The position numbers were made by a program, and so were the translations under genes. Below are positions 16,559 to 24,357 of a stretch of DNA of 50,381 nucleotides, piece by piece. Numbering within the stretch: position 1 is the first letter of the stretch; every line of letters starts with the position of its first letter. The stretch comes from Candidatus Babelota bacterium (lineage in GTDB: Bacteria; Babelota; Babeliae; Babelales; GCA-2401785). The notes beneath the pieces were generated by a model. That model did not search any database. It was not told the origin of the DNA and saw only the letters and a program-made list of their open reading frames with translations. The stretch covers positions 1-50,381 of the forward strand of contig VHBT01000005.1 of assembly GCA_016871815.1 (NCBI GenBank), written 5' to 3'.

Positions 16559-19342
16559 TCACGCTTCAACATCACCATCTATGTCAAAAACCCCGCCAAG
16601 CTGAACCTTTACATCTGCGCTGGCATCAACAATTATTTTTGCGTTCGAATTGCTTAAATCTGTTTTGAATGCAGAATCGCCATCAATAAAAACCATTCCC
16701 CTGCGCAAGATAAGCCTTGAGGAATTTGATATTAAATTTGCACTATGCAAAAACAATCGAGATGTCACATCTTCCAGCACCAAACCATTACCAACTGAAA
16801 AAGGATTGTCATACACCAACGACACAGAATTATCTAAATATAATTGTGCATTTTGCCTAATGATACACCCTTCAGATGATTTGAAATTGAATTTTTTATT
16901 TGCTCCTGTAAATGTTACATCACCAAAAATATCTAAATGCCCCTGCAAAAAATCAACGTCTCCCGTCATAAAGATCGAACTCGAGGCAAATTGAATTCTT
17001 GATTGAGCATCAAGATTTGCGAGCCTTGTACCAGAAACAGACATCAAATAAGTATTTACAATACGCAACACAGCACCGCCAGAAACGCGTATGCCAGCAG
17101 TAGAAATAGCTCCAATATCAAGCATCTTGTAACGCCCATCAATCACTGTATTTCCAACAATTTCATACGTATTAGATAAAAAAGCATCATCCGCTAATTG
17201 CAAAACAACTCCTTCACCAAAAGAAATCGACGCTCCTAAGCCCAATTCGATATGCTCTGGCAAGAAATCACGCAAAACAAGATTTTCAATCAACACTCTT
17301 TTTCCCTCAGGAATAACAATTACCCCTGAGACTTTTCCAGGCATCTGTAAAACATAGCCATTTCCATTCAAAACGATCGTTGATTCAAAAGAGTTATTTC
17401 CTCTAAAAATCATTCGCCTGCTCGTTCCAAGCACCTCTGAAGTAATTAAAGAATTTCTATTTTGATCCAAAATGATATCTCCCTCTCGATACAACGCAGA
17501 AAAAGATCTCACGATGCCGCCATTTAAAGATACATAATTATTGTCATCTGCAATTGATGGACGAATATTTCTAACGTCTGGAGATGACTGCGTATCGTAT
17601 AACACCGAAATGCCGTCAACAATTAACTGAGCATCATTATCAAACGATAAAATGTTGGCACCTGTCACAACCTTTGAAGACACGTTTGAAAATTTTATCT
17701 TTCCGGTAGAAAAGGAATAACTACTATCTAAATACAAATCAACATCAATAAATGATGCCATCGCCTGCGTTCCCAAAAAAGACAATTGCCCCGAAGATTG
17801 ACCAAGCCCCTTTAAAACCATATTTATTAAACGAACTGTTTTTTCATTGTTTACAATAAATCCACCCAAAGAGCTCATTTGAACAACAGATCCAGAACCA
17901 CCAAAGGTACAATTGCCTATACATTTAATAGGATACGTTAACACCGAATCTCCACCAAACATAACATAGGTATCATCATCAAATAAAACACGGCTTCCAA
18001 CACCCAATGAAATATGTTCAGGATAAAAACCCTCAAAAGAAATATTCTTGAAAATCACCGTCTGACCATCTGCCACAGAAATAACAGGTCTTTTTACTTG
18101 CGGAAATTTTAATGAAAAACCTTTGCCATCAAGAGATATTGGTTGCGGACCAGGCAAGGAAAAACTCATAGTTCTATTCACGGTCAAAAATTCTGATTGG
18201 ATCAAGATATTCGATCGATTTGAATACAGGAGAGCAGGTCCAGATGCGTCTTGTACTTTTGCCAAAATCCTTGCACCCGCAATAGATTGAATATTTTGAG
18301 TCCCTGCAACAATCCCCACAAAATTAGATGCCATTAATGCATCAAACATAAAATCAACACCATTTAAAACCAATACAGCTTTATTAACAAAACCTAAACT
18401 ATTTTCACCAACCACGACCCTAGATGATTCAGATCTAACCTCAACAGATCCATAGGAAAAAGTAAAACTAGAATTCAGCTCAAGCAAAGATCCAACAAGG
18501 ACCAATCGCGAATCATCATTTCCTAAAATAATTTTACCCGACCCCAAACCCCTCAACGTAACATTCTTAAGGATAAGCTGATTTCCAGGTGCAACAAACA
18601 ATGATCCATTTGTTATATCAAGAACATTATCTGCACCATCTATAATTGACATTCCTTGAGACGAACTAAATGTTAATGTTCCACTTACCTCTACACATTC
18701 TCTCAACTGCAAAATAGAAAGATCTTTCAAAAATAATGTGCTCAATTCTGTTTTTTGCTCAGGCAGTGTCAAAATATTAAATTGCCCATCGACAGAACCC
18801 CTACCAACCAAACTAGCCGCCTGAGCAAATTGTAAATCTTGCCCAAGAATAACCTGTCCTCCATTTAATAAAACAGACTGATTTAACTGATTAACAAGTG
18901 ATATCCTCACAGAAGTATTCAAATCAGCTAATCGTATAGGATGATTAAAGAAAGAAGCACCCTGAATTTCGTTTCCCTGTCCTGAAATATAGATGGGCAA
19001 TAGAACACTAGTACCATTTAAACTTATTACATGATTTCCAGATAATCTTAAGACATCACTACTCTGCGGATCAAAAACACCTGAAAAATCGCCACATGCA
19101 TCAATTCCCTCAATGCAGCCATTCTGAAAAATAATCGTGGCAGAACCCTGAATTAAATCAGCTCGAGAATTTCCGCGACACAGCGTTCCACTAAATCCTT
19201 CTATCGGTGTGTTAACAATAAATTGAGTCGCCGGATCTAATAATTTTAAACGAGCTTCTTTTCCTGCAAAAATAAGTTCTGCATGAAGCACAGAAGAGCA
19301 CATTAACAAGAAAAAACAGACTAAAATTTTACTATCTTGCAC
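16559..19342 (-). CDS. Secreted beta-helix-like repeat protein (paralog array member, 927 aa)
   Basis: GTG start and signal peptide ILVCFFLLMCSSVLHA. Internal ~250-aa super-repeat, e.g. FKNISFEGFYPEHISLGVGS vs IENLVLRDFLPEHIELGLGAS, 254 aa apart. Confidence 0.8.
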   Translation of the reverse strand: MQDSKILVCFFLLMCSSVLHAELIFAGKEARLKLLDPATQFIVNTPIEGFSGTLCRGNSRADLIQGSATIIFQNGCIEGIDACGDFSGVFDPQSSDVLRLSGNHVISLNGTSVLLPIYISGQGNEIQGASFFNHPIRLADLNTSVRISLVNQLNQSVLLNGGQVILGQDLQFAQAASLVGRGSVDGQFNILTLPEQKTELSTLFLKDLSILQLRECVEVSGTLTFSSSQGMSIIDGADNVLDITNGSLFVAPGNQLILKNVTLRGLGSGKIILGNDDSRLVLVGSLLELNSSFTFSYGSVEVRSESSRVVVGENSLGFVNKAVLVLNGVDFMFDALMASNFVGIVAGTQNIQSIAGARILAKVQDASGPALLYSNRSNILIQSEFLTVNRTMSFSLPGPQPISLDGKGFSLKFPQVKRPVISVADGQTVIFKNISFEGFYPEHISLGVGSRVLFDDDTYVMFGGDSVLTYPIKCIGNCTFGGSGSVVQMSSLGGFIVNNEKTVRLINMVLKGLGQSSGQLSFLGTQAMASFIDVDLYLDSSYSFSTGKIKFSNVSSKVVTGANILSFDNDAQLIVDGISVLYDTQSSPDVRNIRPSIADDNNYVSLNGGIVRSFSALYREGDIILDQNRNSLITSEVLGTSRRMIFRGNNSFESTIVLNGNGYVLQMPGKVSGVIVIPEGKRVLIENLVLRDFLPEHIELGLGASISFGEGVVLQLADDAFLSNTYEIVGNTVIDGRYKMLDIGAISTAGIRVSGGAVLRIVNTYLMSVSGTRLANLDAQSRIQFASSSIFMTGDVDFLQGHLDIFGDVTFTGANKKFNFKSSEGCIIRQNAQLYLDNSVSLVYDNPFSVGNGLVLEDVTSRLFLHSANLISNSSRLILRRGMVFIDGDSAFKTDLSNSNAKIIVDASADVKVQLGGVFDIDGDVEA

Positions 19343-19451
19343 AGACTACAACCGATTTTTTTTCCCAAACAACATGCGAGTGCATGGTATCCAGGACCGG
19401 AAGAATCACGCAAGATATTATAACCCGTAAATTACGAAGGCTTGATCTTTT

Positions 19452-22262
19452 TCAATAATTTACAACCTCACCAACAACTTCTAATGTAGCTTTATAATCA
19501 ACTTGAATATCAAATGTTTTATCGTTTATCAAAATGCCAGAAGACTCAACAGCACTTCCGCCATCAAGCACACAATGCCCAAATAATTTCATCAGTCCAG
19601 AATGAAGTCTCATTATATTTTTTCTTACGACTAAAGTTGCATCATACAAAATCAAAACCGAAGACTTATCTTCAAAAACAATTCTACCTCGATCTTCAGG
19701 CGCAAATAAAAAAGTTGATCCTTGATAAAAAGAGACACTGGACTGTCGCTTGATGGTACATAAGCCTGACGATAAAAAAGCAAAGGTATTTTTATATGTT
19801 GTTATAAAATTTGAACCCTGAAAAATCAAATCACCGTTCAAGATGGAATAATCTTTATCCAAAAAACACTCCATATCCTGTAAAACACATTTAGCTCCAA
19901 ATGATAGATCTACAGGAGTTAATTCATTTGAAAGACCTCCAAATTTACCATTTTTAAATGTCACCGTAGCCCCAGAAGCAACAGAACAGCTAACTCCTGG
20001 CTCAAATCGAAGATCATGTCCCTGTAAGTCAAAAATGACGTTTCCTGTAATGTTCATAGGAAGAGACAAAACAATATCTCTATTTAATTTTATAACAACC
20101 CCATCGCCCAAAGAAATTGAAGAATTTTTTTCCAAATTAAATATTTCACAGGAAAAATCACGAAATTCAATATTGCAAAAATGAACGTTTTTATTAGCTG
20201 AAACAAAAATGGATGGTTCAGGAAGATACGGCAAGATAAGTGAATACCCATTTCCCGTAACAGTGCACTCATCTCCCGATCCAAGAATACTTAAATGACG
20301 CTGACTTGAGATAGCCTCATCATGTTGCAGCACATACTCACTTGTTGTTATTTCAAGACTTCCCTGTTCTTGAACATCCCCAACAACCCTAACGGCACCT
20401 TCTTGTAAACATTGTATATTCAGCCCATCATGAGATCGTGGTTGAATATTAGCAGTATCTGGAAACGCCAATGGATCATAAAAAAGATTTACGCCATCAA
20501 CAATACAAACACCTTTTTTTATACATGAAAAAGTATTTTTTCCGGTAACAACAAAAGAATCACTCCCTACAAATTTCAGAACACCCTTTTCATGGTCATA
20601 GTTATCAGAAAGCAACAACGTTACATTCTTAAAAATTGCTGTGGATGTATCCGACTCAAAAACAAATCGTCCATAATTATTTCCAAGACCCGCAATTGTC
20701 ATATTATGAAATGTTACAGTTGCTCCACTTCGAACAAATATTTTTCCATAACCAACTAAATTTAACGCTTCACCAAAACCTGAAATCGTAACATTTCCAT
20801 CAATCGTAAGAGTATAATTCAAATCAACGGTACGGCTTATATTTAATAAAGCATTATCACCTAAAGCAAAATTTGAATTAGGATCCAATTTTATAGACGC
20901 AGGAGAAAAATTATTAATCTCCACATTTCTTAGCACAGCAGATTTTCCAGTAGGAACATGAATCAACCCAGAGTCAACCCCTACATCAACAAAATTAAGT
21001 ATTAAATTTGTTCCATCAAGAATTAATGAATTAGATTTTAGGCCTCTATAAAAAAGCTTTCTTTCTTTTGTTAAATCAAATCTTCCAGACCGAACAGAAT
21101 ATGAATTATCTATTGTCAGTGATAAATCAGCATAAACCTTGCTAATCGAAACAACTTTTCCGCCATTTTTAACAATTATCTCAGCAGGCTCTATCAATTG
21201 AATGCCGTTATTGTTAGTCGATGATAACGGATCAAAAAAAAGCGAAATCGCATCTACTAACAATTTACATTCTTCGTTAAAATAACAAACTCTTTCTCCC
21301 ACTATTACTGTAGAATTACGACCTATAAATGAAAGATTACCCCTTGAAAAATAATAATCTGTCGCCAACTCAAGCGTACACCCAATAAAAGTCAGAGAAG
21401 CTGTCGAATCCTGGAGAATAATTGCGCCCTTGCCCAATTTTTTAATATTTACATTTTCCATAGTCAATGAACAACCTGAAGCAATATACACTGTTCCACC
21501 TAAAGACAGATCAAGATCGCAGCCCTGACCGGCAATAAAAAAACTTTCACGCGCTCCATTCTCTGCGGAGAAAGTAATTTTGCCAGAAAGAGACAACGTA
21601 TCCTCAAGCACAAGCCCCCCTGATTGAACAAAAACTACTGATCCTTGCCCAACAGACCCTCCCAACGAGAGGAACAATGATGCACCATTTAAAATTACCG
21701 TCCCTGGCCCTTGTATGGTTTTTCCATTATCCATTCGTAAAGAAGACAGAAGGGTCAAACGCCCCCCATTAAGTGAAATACTCGAAAAAAGTCTATTTTC
21801 AAGATATAACGACAGAGAAGATCCTGAATCGCGCAAAAAAATTCCCTCTCGCGCGTCAATCCAACCAGAAAGAACAACCCCCCCACCCAAAATTGAGATT
21901 TTTTTTAATAAACAACCAGCATCGCCAGACAGGCTGTCTCCATTTTGCATAAAAAGCTCACCCTGAAGACTTGGATCAAAAGAACCAGAAAACGTTCCAC
22001 TCAAGCCCCCAATTTCGATTTTCCCATCCTTCAAGGTTAAAACACCACCCCGCAAGGCATTAGTGCCGGGAATCGTTGCATCAACAGATCCACCCAAGAC
22101 AGATAACGGTTGATGTATCAAGATCCCAGAAGAGGGAGTTAAAAAAGCAATTTTACTTTCGGCACTGGTTACAATTATTTTAGAAGAAAGCGAAAACGCA
22201 AAACCTATAAAAAAGCTTAAAAAATATAGTTTTTTTATCACAAAAGACACCCAATACTTCAT
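19452..22262 (-). CDS. Secreted beta-helix-like repeat protein (paralog array member, 936 aa)
   Basis: Hydrophobic N-terminus. LNGGRLTLLSS motif. Repeat motifs LRNVEINNFSPASIKL and FCNIEFRDFSCEIFNL. SGATVTFHNMTIAGLG and SGATVTFKNGKFGGLS. Confidence 0.8.
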   Translation of the reverse strand: MKYWVSFVIKKLYFLSFFIGFAFSLSSKIIVTSAESKIAFLTPSSGILIHQPLSVLGGSVDATIPGTNALRGGVLTLKDGKIEIGGLSGTFSGSFDPSLQGELFMQNGDSLSGDAGCLLKKISILGGGVVLSGWIDAREGIFLRDSGSSLSLYLENRLFSSISLNGGRLTLLSSLRMDNGKTIQGPGTVILNGASLFLSLGGSVGQGSVVFVQSGGLVLEDTLSLSGKITFSAENGARESFFIAGQGCDLDLSLGGTVYIASGCSLTMENVNIKKLGKGAIILQDSTASLTFIGCTLELATDYYFSRGNLSFIGRNSTVIVGERVCYFNEECKLLVDAISLFFDPLSSTNNNGIQLIEPAEIIVKNGGKVVSISKVYADLSLTIDNSYSVRSGRFDLTKERKLFYRGLKSNSLILDGTNLILNFVDVGVDSGLIHVPTGKSAVLRNVEINNFSPASIKLDPNSNFALGDNALLNISRTVDLNYTLTIDGNVTISGFGEALNLVGYGKIFVRSGATVTFHNMTIAGLGNNYGRFVFESDTSTAIFKNVTLLLSDNYDHEKGVLKFVGSDSFVVTGKNTFSCIKKGVCIVDGVNLFYDPLAFPDTANIQPRSHDGLNIQCLQEGAVRVVGDVQEQGSLEITTSEYVLQHDEAISSQRHLSILGSGDECTVTGNGYSLILPYLPEPSIFVSANKNVHFCNIEFRDFSCEIFNLEKNSSISLGDGVVIKLNRDIVLSLPMNITGNVIFDLQGHDLRFEPGVSCSVASGATVTFKNGKFGGLSNELTPVDLSFGAKCVLQDMECFLDKDYSILNGDLIFQGSNFITTYKNTFAFLSSGLCTIKRQSSVSFYQGSTFLFAPEDRGRIVFEDKSSVLILYDATLVVRKNIMRLHSGLMKLFGHCVLDGGSAVESSGILINDKTFDIQVDYKATLEVVGEVVNY

Positions 22263-22503
22263 TTTTCTTTCCTAACCTGCCGTTAGACTATTTTTTTTAT
22301 TTTCAAGGCAAAAACCTACATTAAAAGCAAAAAAAGATGTTTAAATGACGCCTTTGCCAAAAAAATCATCTGATGGTACTCTGAGATTAGTCTGTGATTA
22401 TAGAAAATCATTGTTTCAAAAAAATAGAGTGTTTTACTGGGGCGTCCTTAATTGTTGTAATTGAGTGCCCCGGATCGGGTTCTCGCAACATTTAAGGAGT
22501 GGT

Positions 22504-24273
22504 ATGGATACACCTACCCAAAGTGAACTATTGTTCAATTTATTAGGCATTTCAGAGCAAGTTTTAAAAGCTCTTACAGCTATGGGATATAAAAATCCTA
22601 CAGAAATTCAAGCAAAATCGATTCCGGTTTTGCTCCAAAAAAAAGATTTTATCGGTCAAGCTCGTACCGGAACAGGAAAAACAGTTGCCTTTGGTATTCC
22701 TGTTGTCGAATCGATCGACGCTCAGAACAAAGCTACTCAAGCTATCATCCTTTGCCCAACAAGAGAATTAGCCCTCCAAGTCGCAAAACAACTTGAAGAC
22801 GTTGCTCAATTTATCTCAGGCGTTAAAGTTGCAACACTTGTCGGTGGACAGCCAATCGAACCTCAAATGCGTTCATTGCGATTTGGCGCACAAATTGTTG
22901 TTGGAACACCTGGTCGTGTTATCGATCACCTTGATAGAAAAACATTACAACTCGATCAAGTACATTTTGCTGTGCTTGACGAAGCTGATGAGATGCTTGA
23001 TATGGGCTTTAGAGATGATATCGAAACAATCTTGAAAAAGACCCCTGCAACTCGTCAAACCGCTCTTTTCTCGGCGACAATGCCAACAGAAATCAAAAAC
23101 CTTGCTAAGGAATACCAAAAAAATCCTGAACATGTGAACTTGGTTGTCAAAGACGTTGCAAAGCCGCTTATCGAACAAATTTATTACGAAATTCCAAATC
23201 CAAGAAAATCAGACCTTCTTGCTAGCCTTCTTGATATCGATCAACCTGCTCTTTCGATCGCTTTTTGTAATACAATTCAACGCGTAGACGAATTGACCAG
23301 AAAACTCCAGGAAGCTGGTTACTCTGCTGATGCTCTTCATGGAGATATGAGACAATCTCGTAGAGACCGTGTTATGGATAGATTCAGAACCGGCGATTGC
23401 AAAATCCTTGTTGCAACAGACGTTGCTGCTCGTGGAATTGACGTTGCAGGAATTGATGTTGTCTTTAACGTTGACCTTCCTCTTGATCAAGAAAATTATG
23501 TACACCGTATCGGAAGAACCGGTCGTGCAGGAAGAACAGGAAAAGCGTACAGCTTTGTTGGTGGCCGAGACAGAATGCTCCTTAAGACTATTGCACGCAA
23601 TGCAAATGGCGCGCTTGAACTTCGTCAAGTTCCATCGCAAGAAGCAGTAGAATCTTCTCGTGCAGAAAAAATCTTTACTAAAATTGCAACCGACACAAAA
23701 CCAGAATCTCACCTTGAAAAATATATTGCTCTTATCAAGGCAAATCTTGGTGAAGTTGGCGATCCTGTTAAATTAGCTGCTTCATTGCTGAAAAACATCA
23801 TCCATAAAGGCAAGCCAATTCAAACAGACTTCAGCCATTCAGACGACTTCCGCAGAGAAGGTGGACGTAAATCTTTTGGCTCGCGTGAAGACAGACCAGA
23901 GCGTTCATTCAACAGAAGAAGAGAATTTGGCAATCGCGAAGACAGACCAGAACGTTCATTCGGCAACCGTGAAGATCGTCCAGAAAGATCGTTTGGAAAA
24001 CGTGAAGACAGACCATTCAGAGGTGAAGGTCGCCCATTCACTCCACGTTCAGATTTTGGCGATCGACCAAGAAAGTCCTTTGAAGATAAAGGAAATTCAT
24101 TTGGAAATCGTGAATTTGCTCCTCGTAGAGAAGGTAGATCACGATTTGAAGGTAATGACTCATTTGGTTCAGGACGTAGCAACTGGAAAAAGAACGATGA
24201 CCATGGCTCACAACCTCGTTTTGGATCACGACGTCAATCAGACTTTTCCTCAAGTCGTCGCGAACAAGCGTAA
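22504..24273 (+). CDS. deaD: DEAD-box ATP-dependent RNA helicase with R/E/D/G/F-rich repeat tail
   Basis: Q-motif/Walker A region AQARTGTGKT, then PTRELA, DEAD (VLDEADEML), SAT, ARGID and HRIGRTGRAG. I prefer the ATG at 22504 (AAGGAG at 22494-22499) over the track GTG at 22465. Confidence 0.9.
   Translation: MDTPTQSELLFNLLGISEQVLKALTAMGYKNPTEIQAKSIPVLLQKKDFIGQARTGTGKTVAFGIPVVESIDAQNKATQAIILCPTRELALQVAKQLEDVAQFISGVKVATLVGGQPIEPQMRSLRFGAQIVVGTPGRVIDHLDRKTLQLDQVHFAVLDEADEMLDMGFRDDIETILKKTPATRQTALFSATMPTEIKNLAKEYQKNPEHVNLVVKDVAKPLIEQIYYEIPNPRKSDLLASLLDIDQPALSIAFCNTIQRVDELTRKLQEAGYSADALHGDMRQSRRDRVMDRFRTGDCKILVATDVAARGIDVAGIDVVFNVDLPLDQENYVHRIGRTGRAGRTGKAYSFVGGRDRMLLKTIARNANGALELRQVPSQEAVESSRAEKIFTKIATDTKPESHLEKYIALIKANLGEVGDPVKLAASLLKNIIHKGKPIQTDFSHSDDFRREGGRKSFGSREDRPERSFNRRREFGNREDRPERSFGNREDRPERSFGKREDRPFRGEGRPFTPRSDFGDRPRKSFEDKGNSFGNREFAPRREGRSRFEGNDSFGSGRSNWKKNDDHGSQPRFGSRRQSDFSSSRREQA
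23884..24016 (+). repeat. In-frame tandem repeat encoding REDRPERSF units
   Basis: CGTGAAGACAGACCAGAGCGTTCATTC-like 27-nt cores start at 23884, 23935, 23968 and 24001 (the last is partial), separated by 6-24 nt. Confidence 0.8.
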
Positions 24274-24282
24274 TTAACTTTT

Positions 24283-24357
24283 AAAGCGGCGCATTGCTTG
24301 CTACACTGTACCAACCAAAAAATGGTACTTGGAGCCTAGTAAATGCGCCGCTTTTTT
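24283..24357 (+). promoter_or_regulatory. 13-bp perfect inverted repeat (terminator-like) whose 3' arm contains the start codon of the next gene
   Basis: AAAGCGGCGCATT (24283-24295) is the exact reverse complement of AATGCGCCGCTTT (24342-24354). Inner hairpin GTACCA (24308-24313) / TGGTAC (24323-24328). GGAG lies in the loop, the ATG is at 24343-24345, and a T-run follows at 24352-24357. Confidence 0.55.

Noticed and set aside
12993-22262. Classifying the four repeat proteins as classical autotransporters or Chlamydia Pmp proteins
   Set aside because: The repeat units extend to the C-termini, so there is no space for a beta-barrel translocator. I see no arrays of GGA(I/L/V) or FxxN motifs.
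23884-24016. Possible CRISPR-like spaced repeats
   Set aside because: The repeats are 27-nt cores separated by only 6-24 nt. They are in-frame coding sequence of the helicase, with no unique spacers and no cas genes.
23820-24277. Two extra ORFs (23820..24182 minus, 23861..24277 plus) over the helicase tail
   Set aside because: The frames are kept open by the in-frame REDRPERSF DNA repeats. They are nested in the well-supported DEAD-box helicase CDS.
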